From Patescibacteria group bacterium (GTDB lineage Bacteria; Patescibacteriota; Doudnabacteria; UBA920): a stretch of DNA of 64,000 bases. Under the pieces are notes generated by a model, which saw only the letters and a list, made by a program, of their open reading frames with translations, did no database searches and had not been told where the DNA came from. This document shows, in pieces, positions 8,462-19,077 of this stretch. Location: the NCBI GenBank assembly GCA_036726225.1, contig DAIMCS010000001.1, positions 69,776-133,775 of the forward strand. The letters are read 5' to 3'. The first letter of the stretch is position 1; each line of letters begins with the position of its first letter. The position numbers and the translations under genes are program-made.

Positions 8462-9301
8462 TTAATGATTATTGTTTATTTGCTTAACAGCCTGTTTATA
8501 CGCCGCACTGTTTGAAATATCCAGCCATAATCCTTCGTAAGGATAACCAAATAACTTTCCTTCCTCCGCCAGCCTTGGAAAAACATCACTCTCCAGCTTG
8601 TCTGCTTTGCCAATAAAACTGAAAATTTGCTGCTCCATCATATAGATGCCGGCATTAACCAGGCGAGAAAAAGTTTTTGGCTCTTTAGGTTTTTCTTCAA
8701 ATGCCACTATTTTATTGCCCTGCAACTTGGCCAGGCCCCACTGTTCTACCGCATCCGTACTTGCCAAAGCAATGGTACACACAGAAGACTTTTGGCCGCG
8801 ATGAAATTCCACAAAATCCCCAAAATCAACGTCCGAGAGCACGTCGCCGTACAAAAGCAGGAAACTGCCGTGCATATAGTCTTTGGCTTGCATTAAGGGC
8901 TGCGCATTGCCCCCGTTGCCGGCTGTCTGGTGAAGGTAAGTAATATCCATACCCATTCTGCCGCCGTCGCCAAAATAGTCGGTTATGGTTTCCCCGCCCT
9001 CACCTATGGAAATATATACTTCTGTAAGCTTGGCGGCTTTAAGGCGCTGTAAAGTTTGCTCAAGGAGCGGCTTGCCTGCAATTTTTACCATAGCTTTGGG
9101 CAAACTTTTTTTCTCACTTTCAAAATAAACGGGTTTGCCGCCAGCTAAAATTAAAACTTTCACGGCTTTAAGCCCCAAAGAGCGCGACAAAAAATACTCA
9201 ATAGCATGGCTGCGGTTACGCAGGCGCTGCCCGTCAATTTCACTGTCAAGCGCTTTAAGCAAATCGTTTCGTAATGTAATTGTAAGTCTTTCCCTATTCA
9301 T
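8462..9301 (-). CDS. Sugar-phosphate nucleotidyltransferase with an N-terminal ribbon-helix-helix (CopG-like) domain
   Basis: N-terminal MNRERLTITLRNDLLKALD is RHH-like. NTP_transferase-like LILAGGKP...GKPLLE follows. Confidence 0.55.
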   Translation of the reverse strand: MNRERLTITLRNDLLKALDSEIDGQRLRNRSHAIEYFLSRSLGLKAVKVLILAGGKPVYFESEKKSLPKAMVKIAGKPLLEQTLQRLKAAKLTEVYISIGEGGETITDYFGDGGRMGMDITYLHQTAGNGGNAQPLMQAKDYMHGSFLLLYGDVLSDVDFGDFVEFHRGQKSSVCTIALASTDAVEQWGLAKLQGNKIVAFEEKPKEPKTFSRLVNAGIYMMEQQIFSFIGKADKLESDVFPRLAEEGKLFGYPYEGLWLDISNSAAYKQAVKQINNNH

Positions 9302-9364
9302 ATTGTGTCATTCCGAACGAAGTGAGGAATCCCTTAAAATATTTTAGATGCTTCACTTTATCCA

Positions 9365-9381
9365 GTATGATAATATCATAC
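9365..9381. promoter_or_regulatory. Perfect 17-nt palindrome GTATGATAATATCATAC in the promoter region of the RHH-nucleotidyltransferase gene (candidate autoregulatory operator)
   Basis: Seen directly. It overlaps the putative -35/-10 region on the minus strand. Confidence 0.4.
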
Positions 9382-9406
9382 ATTTTATTTTTTCTCTAGA
9401 AAATTG

Positions 9407-9445
9407 GGTGGTGATGGTTTGCGGGGAACGCAAGCCACCACCACA
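9407..9445 (-). terminator. Long hairpin GTGGTGATGGTTTGCG-GGGAAC-GCAAGCCACCACCAC downstream of the aminotransferase gene
   Basis: 15-bp stem (one G-U wobble). Confidence 0.5.
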
Positions 9446-9470
9446 TCCGAATTCCAAAAGAGGGGCTAAT

Positions 9471-10646
9471 TCAAGCGTACTGGCGAACCAATTCATGTGC
9501 CACTTCGGCTACACGAATTATTGAACCGTCCGGGCCTGATATGCGATACCGGATGTACTTACCGGTGCCCGAAAACATCAAATCGGTATAGCTCACGATG
9601 CCATGTTGTGCCAAAGCCATCGCGAACTCATACGAATTTTTCCCAGCCCTGAGCCAACCCTCCGGTAAGAGGATATACAAAAAGATACTCGCAAGCCACT
9701 GCGGAACTTCCTTCCATCCAGCTTCATTGAAGAGCTCGAACGTTCTGTCCCCAAGAGTCGTGTAAATCTTGCGGGTCTCTTCAATTGCGTTGGGGCTAGT
9801 CAGACAGCCATTGAGACCGGCAGCAAAACCAACCTGGGCGCTGCGGCTGCCGCCTTCAAATTCGCTGCGATTAATTGCTTTTACCTGACTAACTACGTGC
9901 TGGTCTCCCATAAGGCCTCCGCTCATCAAGCCCGGATACCGCAAAAACTTGGAAGCGGAATTGGTTGTTACAACCTTCCTCTGCAAAGCACCCTGTACCC
10001 GCAAAGCGCTTGCGGGAAAAGCTCCTCGGGTGATGTAGCGATAAGCATCGTCAAACCAGGTAATCGCATTAACCCTTTCACTTATCTCAACTGCTCGTTC
10101 TGTTTCCTGCCAAGTCATAATCTCGCCGGTTGGGTTGTCAACAGGAAGATGAACGAAAACGTCGGCAGCAAAATCACCGACAACTTCTTCATCGAGCCTG
10201 TCAACGTATCGGTCCTTGCCAAATTCGTATTCAACGAAACGGCAGATCCCCCCGGCTTTTTCTATTGTTGCAACGTGCCCACCATAGCATGGCTTACGAA
10301 GAACAAAGACCGGCGGTCGTCCTAACTTATTACGAAGAGCGTCAGCTAGTTGACCAGTAAAGCGCCTTGTACCTGCTGCGCCAATCATAATATTGTCGTC
10401 ATCCAGCTCAACACCGTCAATTTGGCTGGAAAAAACTTGTAGGGCTTCAATGCATTTTTGCAATCCCTTTCTGGGAGCATAGTGATGCATTTTTGGCTGC
10501 CGTTTTGCCTCTATCTCTGCTTCGAGTGTGACTGGATCAGGTTCCCCTTCAGGATTACCCAAGCCACTATCGTGATAGAACTTACCGAAAGCCTCGGCCG
10601 TGCTCTCGATATTAAATCTCATGGCTTCTGGACTCAGTTGAATCAA
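9471..10646 (-). CDS. PLP-dependent aminotransferase (class I/II fold)
   Basis: NPTG motif and TNSASKFL (SxSK PLP-lysine motif). GC content clearly higher than neighbours. Confidence 0.65.
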   Translation of the reverse strand: MIQLSPEAMRFNIESTAEAFGKFYHDSGLGNPEGEPDPVTLEAEIEAKRQPKMHHYAPRKGLQKCIEALQVFSSQIDGVELDDDNIMIGAAGTRRFTGQLADALRNKLGRPPVFVLRKPCYGGHVATIEKAGGICRFVEYEFGKDRYVDRLDEEVVGDFAADVFVHLPVDNPTGEIMTWQETERAVEISERVNAITWFDDAYRYITRGAFPASALRVQGALQRKVVTTNSASKFLRYPGLMSGGLMGDQHVVSQVKAINRSEFEGGSRSAQVGFAAGLNGCLTSPNAIEETRKIYTTLGDRTFELFNEAGWKEVPQWLASIFLYILLPEGWLRAGKNSYEFAMALAQHGIVSYTDLMFSGTGKYIRYRISGPDGSIIRVAEVAHELVRQYA

Positions 10647-10807
10647 TTTCTTTCTCCCCTATTTCAAAAATCGTTATTGTCCCTCGTTGAAATTTTTAAA
10701 ATGCCTCAAATTACCCTCTGTTTGGGAGGTAGCGGCACGCGCAAAAATACCAACTAATTCTTGCGCTTACCGCCTAGGCCCCAAAATTTACACCAGAAGA
10801 ATGAGGG

Positions 10808-10980
10808 CTCCCAAAAATCAGGAGCGCAGTCCCGATGACCATCGGGACGAGCACGGATTTTTGGGAATGCGGGGCAATGTCCCGAAGGCTGAAGTGGGCG
10901 AAAAACCTTTCGCACACGTAAGCCGCAGGGACAATTGACCCGCAGTGGCGGGGGCCTAAAAATTTTTGTTTTAGGTCCCC
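10808..10980 (+). repeat. Copy B of the hairpin repeat (10808-10866) plus a ~90-nt structured module homologous (reverse orientation) to the tRNA-Ile and tRNA-Ala 3' flanks. It ends at a tRNA-3'-end-like minihelix GGGGACCUAAAA...UUUUUAGGCCCCCGCCA on the minus strand.
   Basis: Manual alignment: GGGGCAATGTCCCGAAGGCTGAAG...ACGCGTAAGCCG.AG.ATTGACCCG matches the reverse complement of 49928-50000 and 49388-49460. The inner hairpins covary. Confidence 0.65.
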
Positions 10981-11085
10981 ACAACCACTTTCAATCATAC
11001 TTTATCATACAATGTCATACAAAATATTGTCAAAAAACATATTTTGGCTTATGTAAGCCAAAACGATTTGAACAATCCACACCTT

Positions 11086-11817
11086 TTACACCAGCTTTTC
11101 GGCCAGTTTTAAGTCTTCCTGGCTATTTACGCCAATAACTTCACCAGGATCTATGGTCAAATTTACAATATTTTCTCCAACTTCAACCGCTTTCTCTATT
11201 ATGTCGGTCAAATAATATTCTTGTTGTGCATTTTGGTTTTGGATTTTTTCCAAATTTTCCCACAACCACTTGCTGTTGAACATATAAATGCCCGCTATCA
11301 ACTCTTTTATTTCCAGCTCATTCTGCCCGGCGTCTTTGGCTTCAACATTTTTTACAATTTTTCCGTCTTTACGGATTATTCTGCCAAAATTTTTAAACGC
11401 TTCAAATCCCCCTTCAAAATTCGGCACCACGGTTGTAAACAAACTAATGTTGGAATTTTCTTTGTGGTGAAGGGTCATTAATTTTTTTAAACTTTCTGCT
11501 TTTATAAAAGGATGGTCGCCATAGAGAACTAAAATATTTTCTCCGGTGACTTTATGTTTGGCTGCCAGCAAAGCGTGAGCCGTGCCAAGCTGTTTGTCTT
11601 GGATTGCATACAAATAACCGTCTCCCAAAACTTCCCGAACTTTTTGGTACATATACCCCACAACAATAACCGGTTTGGCCAGCTGGTTTATTTTTTCTAC
11701 CTCGTCCAGCAAATGCAAAATCAGCGGCTTATTTTTTAGCATTACCAAAACCTTGGGCACATTTCCGCCCATTCTGGTTCCTTTTCCGGCTGCAAGAATG
11801 ACAATTTGATTCCTCAT
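11086..11817 (-). CDS. Sugar-nucleotide pyrophosphorylase, GlmU N-terminal-domain-like (UDP-GlcNAc pyrophosphorylase family), with no acetyltransferase domain
   Basis: VILAAGKGTRMGGNVPKVL and LGTAHA motifs. 243 aa. Confidence 0.65.
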   Translation of the reverse strand: MRNQIVILAAGKGTRMGGNVPKVLVMLKNKPLILHLLDEVEKINQLAKPVIVVGYMYQKVREVLGDGYLYAIQDKQLGTAHALLAAKHKVTGENILVLYGDHPFIKAESLKKLMTLHHKENSNISLFTTVVPNFEGGFEAFKNFGRIIRKDGKIVKNVEAKDAGQNELEIKELIAGIYMFNSKWLWENLEKIQNQNAQQEYYLTDIIEKAVEVGENIVNLTIDPGEVIGVNSQEDLKLAEKLV

Positions 11818-11875
11818 ACCGCTGATTTGTCGCTGATGAGTACGCCGATTGATAGCCGAACGCTTGAGTCAGCGT

Positions 11876-11896
11876 TATGTCAGCGTACCTATCTGC
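11876..11896. repeat. 21-nt direct repeat GTCAGCGTACCTATCTGCGTC. A second copy (19/21 identical) lies at 12267-12287. The two flank the GNAT gene.
   Basis: Seen directly. Confidence 0.55.
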
Positions 11897-11912
11897 GTCT
11901 CATTCAGCGAAT

Positions 11913-12245
11913 TTAGAAATTAACTCGGTACTCCACTCCCCAGACTTCCAAGCCAAATTTTGCGTAAAATTTTTGCAATTCCGGTTTAGAATTTCTACTC
12001 GTAGCAATGAGCTTATAACAACCTTGTGCTTTTGCTTCGTCAACAGCTCTTTGAACCAGTTGAGACCCTAAACCATGATTTCGGTGCGATTCCTCAACAA
12101 ATACATCTTCCAACAGACCAAAAGGCTCCTTGTGCAATTCGTTTTTTAAAATATAAAGCAAGCACCTGCCCACTACTTTGCCGTCTTCCTGGGCAGTAAT
12201 TTTGATGGCGAAAGTATCTTTTAAAATTTCTTGTTTGAATTCCAT
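11913..12245 (-). CDS. GNAT family N-acetyltransferase
   Basis: HRNHGLGSQLVQRAV acetyl-CoA-binding motif. Confidence 0.7.
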   Translation of the reverse strand: MEFKQEILKDTFAIKITAQEDGKVVGRCLLYILKNELHKEPFGLLEDVFVEESHRNHGLGSQLVQRAVDEAKAQGCYKLIATSRNSKPELQKFYAKFGLEVWGVEYRVNF

Positions 12246-12266
12246 AAATTTTTCAGCGTGGGATCA

Positions 12267-12287
12267 GCGTACCTATCCGCGTGAAAT
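12267..12287. repeat. Second copy of the direct repeat flanking the GNAT gene (ATCAGCGTACCTATCCGCGTG)
   Basis: Seen directly. Confidence 0.55.
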
Positions 12288-12301
12288 CCGCGGTCAAAGG
12301 T

Positions 12302-13261
12302 TTATACTAGTTCCCAAATTAATTTTGAAAGTTTTTTAGAGTCGTGTCGCAGTAAACTTCTGGTTAATTTATCACCGGACTTTTTTTTAAAAATTTGTTC
12401 CGAAAGTAAATCCGCAGCAATAGTTTCGACTGGAGTTTTTGCCAGCTCTTTTACATCCGGCTCAATAAACTTAGATTTTTGTTTAGCGTAGACTTGCAAA
12501 ACTTTTTTGCCAGGACGGCGTTTGTTTACTAAAGCTAGGTCTATTCTACCTTTTAAATACCGCTCCAAAACTTTCACAAAATCGGCAGGTTTATATCCGT
12601 CGCTTTGCCCAAATTTAGTCATAATATTGGTAATTAAGATTTTTTTAGCCCGGGATTTATTAATCGCTTCCGGTATGCCTTTGACTAACAAATTGGGTAA
12701 AGTACTAGTAAATAAGTCGCCCGGACCAAAAATTATTACATCGGCGTTTTTAATTTTTTTCAGGGCTTGTGGGTTTGCCTTCATGCTCGGGCGCAAATTT
12801 AAATTTTTAATTTTAAATTTAAATTTGCCACTTGGCTCATCTATATTATGTTCGCCATGTATCACATGTCCATTTTCTAAAATCGCAGAAAGTTTAGTTG
12901 CTTTAAGAGTTACCGGAATAACCTGACCTTTAACTTTCAAAAATCTGGCAAAATGGGCTATTGCGCGCTCTATACCAAAACGGTATTGATATTGCGCTAG
13001 CGCGACATTCATCACGACATGTCCGTTATCAAATCTGTAAGCCATATTTTCTTTTATGTTTTCCGAAGCGCCTGATAAAGCTAATAAACAAGCGCGAATA
13101 TCGCCGACTGGAACGCCGCCATATTGCTCTCTTAGCCTACCAGTTGAACCGCCATCATCTGCAGTACTAACAACTGCAGATAAATTTACTGGATATTTTT
13201 TCAACCCTACGAGCAGGGTAGAGGTTCCCGTACCGCCCCCGATTATTACAATATTTTTCAT
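12302..13261 (-). CDS. YvcK/CofD (UPF0052) family protein; gluconeogenesis factor / 2-phospho-L-lactate transferase-like
   Basis: N-terminal IVIIGGGTGTSTLL. About 320 aa. Confidence 0.65.
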   Translation of the reverse strand: MKNIVIIGGGTGTSTLLVGLKKYPVNLSAVVSTADDGGSTGRLREQYGGVPVGDIRACLLALSGASENIKENMAYRFDNGHVVMNVALAQYQYRFGIERAIAHFARFLKVKGQVIPVTLKATKLSAILENGHVIHGEHNIDEPSGKFKFKIKNLNLRPSMKANPQALKKIKNADVIIFGPGDLFTSTLPNLLVKGIPEAINKSRAKKILITNIMTKFGQSDGYKPADFVKVLERYLKGRIDLALVNKRRPGKKVLQVYAKQKSKFIEPDVKELAKTPVETIAADLLSEQIFKKKSGDKLTRSLLRHDSKKLSKLIWELV

Positions 13262-13286
13262 TGCGACTACTTTAATAACTTCTGGC

Positions 13287-15668
13287 TTAGGAAGTTTTCC
13301 ACTTCCAGTTTTTCACTTCAGGCATATCCTCGCCGTATGTGTTAACGTATTTCTTGTGCGTGGTAAGTTTTTTATCCATAAGTTTTATAAGCGCCCTTTC
13401 TTTGGCGCCTTTTTTGGGCAAAGAATTGACTACGTACTTGACCAAATGGTAACGGTCTATACCATTTAAAACTGTCATGTCAAAAGGCGTTGTCGTTGTA
13501 CCCTCCTCCATATAGCCGTATACGTGCAGATTTTCGTGATTCGGCCTACTGTAAGTTAGGCGGTGAATGAGAGACGAGTAGCCGTGATAAACAAACGTGA
13601 TGGGTTTTTGCTTCGTAAAGAATTTTTCAAACTCCTTATCCTCAAGGCCATGAGGATGGTTTTTGTGGGGCCTTAAGGTCATTAGGTCTACTACATTTAT
13701 AACACGAAGCTTCAAGTTAGGCAGATATTCTTTTAAAATAGAAACGGCCGCCAGTGTCTCCAAGGTCGGCACGTCGCCGGCGCACGCCAATACCGCATCG
13801 GGCTGTCTGCCTCCATCGGAACTGGCCCAGGGGAGAACGCCAATGCCTTTTTTAAAGTGCGCCGCAGCCTCCTTCATGGAAAACCATTCCGGCATAGGAT
13901 GCTTACCCGCCACGACGATATTTATTTTGTTTGAGCTTTGAAAACATCCATCCATAGCCGCCAAAAGACTGTTGGAGTCAGGCGGTAAGTACGCCCTGAC
14001 GATATCGGCTTTTTTTACATATACGTGATCCAAAAATCCCGGATCTTGGTGAGTAAAACCATTGTGACCCTGCCGCCATACGTGGGAAGTAATGAGATAA
14101 TTTAGCGACGCAATGGGTTTCCGCCACGAGATATCCATGGCGGCATCCAGCCATTTGGCATGCTGGTTGAACATCGAGCTTACAATATGTATGAACGCCT
14201 CGTAGCAGGTGAAAAGCCCATGCCTGCCGGTGAGAAGGTATCCTTCCAGCCATCCTTGGCATTGGTGTTCGCTCAATACTTCCATTACGCGGCCGGAAGG
14301 CGCTACATTGTCATCATCCTTTGTATATGTACCCATCCACTGTCGGTCAGTTACCTCGAAGACCGCGCCAAGACCGTTTGAATTTACTTCGTCCGGACCA
14401 AAAAGTCGAAAATTAGTTTGGTTAATTTTTATAACGTCACGTAAGTATTTCGCAAAGGCGCGCGTCGCTCCTTCTCCCATTTCCCCCCTCTTGTGCACAG
14501 ATACGCCATACTTTTTTAGTTCCGGTAACTTGAGCTTCTTTAGGAGAAGCCCCGCATTCGCATGCAGATTAGCCCCCATACGGCTACGCCCTTTCGGTGC
14601 CAGTGCCAAAAGCTCTGGTACAAGCTTCCCTTTTTTGTCGAAAAGCTCTTCGGGTTTGTAGCTTTTGAGCCACGAAGCAAACTCGTCGAAGTGCTTTTTG
14701 TTGGTCTTAAGGCCCCCGTAGATGACCTGATGTGAGCGATGTGTTCCCGTATTGCGTCTGCCGTCAATGGCTTCTGGCCCTGTCCAACCCTTCGGAGTTG
14801 TTAAAATAATCATTGGCCAACGCGGGCGTTCGGCAGTTCCCCCTTTGCGCGCATTTTTTTGTATACGCCTTATATCTTCTACGGCCGCATCTAAAACTTG
14901 GGCAAATTTTTGGTGCATGCTTTTGGGCTCTTCTCCTTCAACAATGTAGGGCATCCATCCGTAGCCCAAGAAAAGCTCTTGGAGCTCTTTGCGCGGTATT
15001 GAAGCAAGAATGGTCGGATTCGATATTTTATGCCCGTTTAAATGCAGTATTGGTAAAACCGCGCCGTCACTTGAAGGGTTTAGAAACTTGTTAGAATGCC
15101 ACGCGGTTGCCAAAGGACCTGTCTCCGCTTCCCCGTCACCCACCACGCAAGCCACAACCAATTCCGGGTTATCAAACACAGCGCCGAATGCGTGAGAGAG
15201 AGAATAACCAAGCTCTCCACCTTCGTGGATGGAGCCCGGAGTCGCCGGCGTGGCATGGCTGCCCACGCCACCAGGAAATGAGAATTGCTTAAAAAGCTTC
15301 TTCATTCCTTTTTCGGACCTAGTGATGTGTGGATACACTTCACTATACGTGCCTTCTAGGTAAGTGTTCGCGATAACAGCTGGCCCGCCGTGTCCGGGGC
15401 CAGAAATATAGATCATATTGAGATCGTATTTTTTTATTGCACGGTTTAAATGCACGTAAATAAAATTCTGGCCCGGTGAAGTTCCCCAGTGTCCCATAAG
15501 GAGGGGTTTAATGTCTTCCTGCTTTAGTGGGCGCCTCATCAACGGGTTATCATAAAGATATATCTGTCCAATTGAAAGGTAATTGGCCGCGCGCCAATAC
15601 GCATCCATTTTGGTGACGGTATTTTCTGGCAGGTAGTTGCGGGTTTTTTTCATATTCTTGGAGGGCAT
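13287..15668 (-). CDS. xfp: Xylulose-5-phosphate/fructose-6-phosphate phosphoketolase
   Basis: 793 aa. N-terminal [13 protein letters not shown] signature. TPP-binding regions. Confidence 0.9.
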   Translation of the reverse strand: MPSKNMKKTRNYLPENTVTKMDAYWRAANYLSIGQIYLYDNPLMRRPLKQEDIKPLLMGHWGTSPGQNFIYVHLNRAIKKYDLNMIYISGPGHGGPAVIANTYLEGTYSEVYPHITRSEKGMKKLFKQFSFPGGVGSHATPATPGSIHEGGELGYSLSHAFGAVFDNPELVVACVVGDGEAETGPLATAWHSNKFLNPSSDGAVLPILHLNGHKISNPTILASIPRKELQELFLGYGWMPYIVEGEEPKSMHQKFAQVLDAAVEDIRRIQKNARKGGTAERPRWPMIILTTPKGWTGPEAIDGRRNTGTHRSHQVIYGGLKTNKKHFDEFASWLKSYKPEELFDKKGKLVPELLALAPKGRSRMGANLHANAGLLLKKLKLPELKKYGVSVHKRGEMGEGATRAFAKYLRDVIKINQTNFRLFGPDEVNSNGLGAVFEVTDRQWMGTYTKDDDNVAPSGRVMEVLSEHQCQGWLEGYLLTGRHGLFTCYEAFIHIVSSMFNQHAKWLDAAMDISWRKPIASLNYLITSHVWRQGHNGFTHQDPGFLDHVYVKKADIVRAYLPPDSNSLLAAMDGCFQSSNKINIVVAGKHPMPEWFSMKEAAAHFKKGIGVLPWASSDGGRQPDAVLACAGDVPTLETLAAVSILKEYLPNLKLRVINVVDLMTLRPHKNHPHGLEDKEFEKFFTKQKPITFVYHGYSSLIHRLTYSRPNHENLHVYGYMEEGTTTTPFDMTVLNGIDRYHLVKYVVNSLPKKGAKERALIKLMDKKLTTHKKYVNTYGEDMPEVKNWKWKTS

Positions 15669-16606
15669 TGTGAAGCAATAAGCGTAACTATGTTAACAAT
15701 ATCTTTTGCACTCGCTCCGCGGGAAAGGTCACTCATCGGCTTATTCATTCCTTGCAAAATAGGCCCGAGAGCAACTGATCCGGGTATTAAATTTGCCACT
15801 AGCTTATAGGCAATATTCGCAGAATCAAGGGAAGGAAAAATGAGAATATTTGCCGTGCCAGCGAGGGAACTTTTTGGTGTTTTTCGCTGTGCTATAGAAG
15901 GTATGAGCGCCGCGTCTGCCTGTATTTCTCCGTCAAACAATAGCTTCGGGCGACGTGCGCGCAAAATTTCAGCCGCATTTTTAACGGTGTCAACAGAAAG
16001 GCCGGCTCCGGATCCGTGTGTGCTATACGAAAGAAGTGCTACTCGCGGCTCATCACCTACAACAAGCGAACGCGCATCGACCGAGGCGATTGCTATATCG
16101 GCAAGCTGCTCGGCAGTCGGCTCTGGCACAACAGCACAATCGGCAAAGGTAAAAATTTCTTCTTTATCCCCTCCGCGAAAAACCGGCAGCACCATGTACA
16201 TAGAACTTGAGACTGTTTGTATGCCCTCTGCCTTTCCGATGAGCCATAAGCCCGCTCTAACCACTTCAGCGGTCGTGCGCACAGCTCCAGCCACCAAACC
16301 GTCGGCTTCGCCCAAACGTAAAAGATACATACCATAATAAAGCGGGTCTAAGGCAAGTTCCCGCGCTTTTTCTGGAGAAAGTTCATCTTTAGTCCCCACT
16401 TTTGGCGAACGAATTTCCAGGAGCAGTTTTTCAAGTTCTTGGCTACGTTTTTCGTCTACTTCTACAAACACCGGCTCAGCCAGTTTTTCATCTTTGAGTA
16501 TCCGTGCCGCTTCTTGTATCCGCTCGTCACCCGTTTCGGGTAAAAGTATCTTCCGCAAATACCCTTGAGTGGCACGGGGACGAAGTTGGGTTAAAAAGTC
16601 ATTCAT
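15650..16606 (-). CDS. pta: Phosphate acetyltransferase
   Basis: 318 aa PTA_PTB fold. It lies upstream of xfp in the same orientation with a 19-nt overlap (operon). Confidence 0.8.
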   Translation of the reverse strand: MNDFLTQLRPRATQGYLRKILLPETGDERIQEAARILKDEKLAEPVFVEVDEKRSQELEKLLLEIRSPKVGTKDELSPEKARELALDPLYYGMYLLRLGEADGLVAGAVRTTAEVVRAGLWLIGKAEGIQTVSSSMYMVLPVFRGGDKEEIFTFADCAVVPEPTAEQLADIAIASVDARSLVVGDEPRVALLSYSTHGSGAGLSVDTVKNAAEILRARRPKLLFDGEIQADAALIPSIAQRKTPKSSLAGTANILIFPSLDSANIAYKLVANLIPGSVALGPILQGMNKPMSDLSRGASAKDIVNIVTLIASQCPPRI

Positions 16607-16679
16607 GCAAAGGGAAATTAATTAATAATGTCGTGACGTAATATCTCTAAACTAACACTAACCATTTAGTCTTACTCTT

Positions 16680-16708
16680 GTCAAAAATTAGTGCCTTCAT
16701 TATAATTT
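16680..16708 (+). promoter_or_regulatory. Consensus sigma70 promoter TTGTCA-N17-TATAAT
   Basis: Followed by AAGGAGGGG and the ATG at 16731. Confidence 0.6.
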
Positions 16709-16730
16709 TGTTGTTTCTTAAGGAGGGGAT

Positions 16731-17078
16731 ATGTTTTCAGTTATTAAAAACAAGATCCTGTTAACTAAGCGAGAAAGTCGGTACTCTTCGTTCATTTCCC
16801 AATACTGGCCGAGGCCGGGAAAAGTTTTGAACGGCATTTGGACAAGCCCGTTGACTATTTTGGTGCTTGAACCAAACGGCTCCATTAGTTCAGTCCGGAC
16901 TTCGCTGGAGCCGGGACGAAATTTCTACAACGCAGTTATGGCGGTTTTGGAGGAAGAGGGCCACAACCCGGGGACGCTTATAGACGAAGTCTTTCAGTTC
17001 TTGCGGGTGGAGGAACGCCGTCACACGGATGATTGTTTAATTGTTCGCCGTAAATATGTTATGGAGGTAGCGGCATGA
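16731..17078 (+). CDS. Hypothetical protein (115 aa)
   Basis: Strong promoter, strong SD and a downstream terminator. Confidence 0.5.
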   Translation: MFSVIKNKILLTKRESRYSSFISQYWPRPGKVLNGIWTSPLTILVLEPNGSISSVRTSLEPGRNFYNAVMAVLEEEGHNPGTLIDEVFQFLRVEERRHTDDCLIVRRKYVMEVAA

Positions 17079-17106
17079 AACAAACATTGGGGCGATTTTT
17101 GTTGGA

Positions 17107-17150
17107 AGGATTCCAGCAGAAGTCGCCCCTTTCTGCTTTTCAATTTAGCT
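17107..17150 (+). terminator. Hairpin GGGGCGA...TCGCCCC followed by TTTCTGCTTTTC
   Basis: Seen directly. Further hairpins GCAATCT-TTTATT-AGATTGC and GCCCC-ATTC-GGGGC lie at 17190-17235, which is the glmS 3' region. Confidence 0.5.
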
Positions 17151-17245
17151 GTATCTTTTCTTTATTTGTCATTGCGAGGAGCGTAAGCGACGAAGCAATC
17201 TTTTATTAGATTGCCACGCCCCATTCGGGGCTCGCAACGACAGAA

Positions 17246-19075
17246 TTATTCAACAGTAACTGATTTTGCCAAGTTGCGCGGGCGGTCCACGTCGCGGCCC
17301 AAAGCTACCGCCACGTGGTACGCAAATAATTGTAAAGGTATGGTGTTCAGCAAAGGCTCAAGTAATTCCATAGTTTTTGGGACGTAAATAATTTCATCCG
17401 CAACTTCTTTGGCTTCCTCGTCGCCCTCGTTGGCGATAATTAACGTTCTTGCCCCACGAGCGCGAACTTCCTGAATGCTGCTTTTCATTTTTTCATAGAG
17501 CTGGTTTTTGGTCAAAATGGCAACCACAGGAACATCTTTAGAAACCAGCGCCAAAGGCCCGTGCTTAAGTTCCCCGCCGGAAAAACCTTCGGCGTGAATG
17601 TAAGAGGTCTCTTTCAGCTTCATAGTCCCTTCCAAAGCCACCGGATAATTTATGCCGCGGCCAATAAAAAGAATACTTTGATATTGTTTATACTGCTGCG
17701 CAATATTTTTAATAAAATCATCCTGCTTTAAAATTTCATTCATTTTTTCGGGAATTTCCAAAAGGGATTCCAACATTCTTTTTCCCGTGGCCACCGATGT
17801 GCTTTTTAGCCTGCCGAACTGCAAAGCATACAAAAGCAAAACCGCCACCATATTTGTGTAAGCCTTAGTAGAGGCCACAGAAAGTTCCGGTCCTGCGTGA
17901 ATGTAAGTACCAGCACTGGTTTCGCGCGCAATGGTTGAACCAACCACGTTAATAATGCCGCGCACTACCGCGCCTTTTCTTTTGGCTTCCCGCACGGCCA
18001 TTAAAGTGTCTGCGGTTTCGCCGGATTGAGAAATGGCAAAAACTAAAGTTTTTTTGTCTAAGATAGGGTCCCGGTATCTAAATTCAGATGAAAAGTCCAC
18101 TTCTGTGGGCAAGTTTGCCAAACGTTCAAAAGCGTATTTAGCAATAAGGCCCGTGTACCTAGCCGTACCTTCTGCAATTATGACAACGCGATTTATTTTG
18201 CGCATTTCCTCGTCGCTCATGTTCAAACCGCCCAGCCTTGCAGTACCTTCTTCCATGTTCACGCGGCCGCGAATGGCATCTTCAAATACCGTAGGCTGAT
18301 CAAAAATTTCCTTGAGCATAAAATTTTCAAAGCCCCCCTTTTGCGCTTTTTCTTGATTCCAATCAACGATGATTACTTTACCTAAAGGACCTCTAACATT
18401 AATTGGTAAAACATCACGGTCATTTAAAAATTGAACTCTTTTAGTATGAGGTAATAAAGGAGTAACATCACTAGCAATAAATATTTCTCCTTCACCAAAC
18501 CCTATTACAACTGGACTACCTAGCCTCGCTGCGACTAATTCCTCAGGACTATCGACATGCATCACCAAAATTCCATATGTGCCCCTAACTTTATACAAAG
18601 CATTTTTTACCGCATTCTGCAAAATTGGCGATGTTGAATAGCTTTCGCCTTTCTTTTCTAAAAGTTGATACTCCCTTAAAATTAAAGCCCCTAAAACTTC
18701 CGTATCAGTGTCCGATTTAAACTTAACCCCTTCTTTTTCTAATTGCTTTTTCAACTCGCGATAGTTCTCAATTATCCCATTATGGACAATAGCTAGTTTT
18801 TCATCTACGACGTGTGGATGAGCATTGAATTCAGTAACTCCTCCATGCGTAGCCCAGCGTGTATGTGCAATTCCAATATTACCCAGCAAATTTTTACCTT
18901 CAATTTTTTTGGCCAACATTTCTACTTTTCCCACTTCCCGAACTATACCAATTTTGCCATTATCTAAAACCGCCACTCCTGCACTGTCGTAGCCACGATA
19001 TTCCAAATCGCGCAATCCTTGTAAAAGAATTGGCAGAGCTTGTTTATTTCCAATATAACCAACAATTCCGCACAT
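17246..19075 (-). CDS. glmS: Glutamine--fructose-6-phosphate aminotransferase
   Basis: MCGIVGYIG N-terminus. 609 aa with two SIS domains. Confidence 0.9.
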   Translation of the reverse strand: MCGIVGYIGNKQALPILLQGLRDLEYRGYDSAGVAVLDNGKIGIVREVGKVEMLAKKIEGKNLLGNIGIAHTRWATHGGVTEFNAHPHVVDEKLAIVHNGIIENYRELKKQLEKEGVKFKSDTDTEVLGALILREYQLLEKKGESYSTSPILQNAVKNALYKVRGTYGILVMHVDSPEELVAARLGSPVVIGFGEGEIFIASDVTPLLPHTKRVQFLNDRDVLPINVRGPLGKVIIVDWNQEKAQKGGFENFMLKEIFDQPTVFEDAIRGRVNMEEGTARLGGLNMSDEEMRKINRVVIIAEGTARYTGLIAKYAFERLANLPTEVDFSSEFRYRDPILDKKTLVFAISQSGETADTLMAVREAKRKGAVVRGIINVVGSTIARETSAGTYIHAGPELSVASTKAYTNMVAVLLLYALQFGRLKSTSVATGKRMLESLLEIPEKMNEILKQDDFIKNIAQQYKQYQSILFIGRGINYPVALEGTMKLKETSYIHAEGFSGGELKHGPLALVSKDVPVVAILTKNQLYEKMKSSIQEVRARGARTLIIANEGDEEAKEVADEIIYVPKTMELLEPLLNTIPLQLFAYHVAVALGRDVDRPRNLAKSVTVE

Positions 19076-19077
19076 AT

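Noticed and set aside
10754-10998. Two overlapping minus-strand ORFs (76 and 74 aa) and a plus-strand ORF at 10687-10938
   Set aside because: They cover the structured repeat module B, which is homologous to non-coding tRNA flanks.
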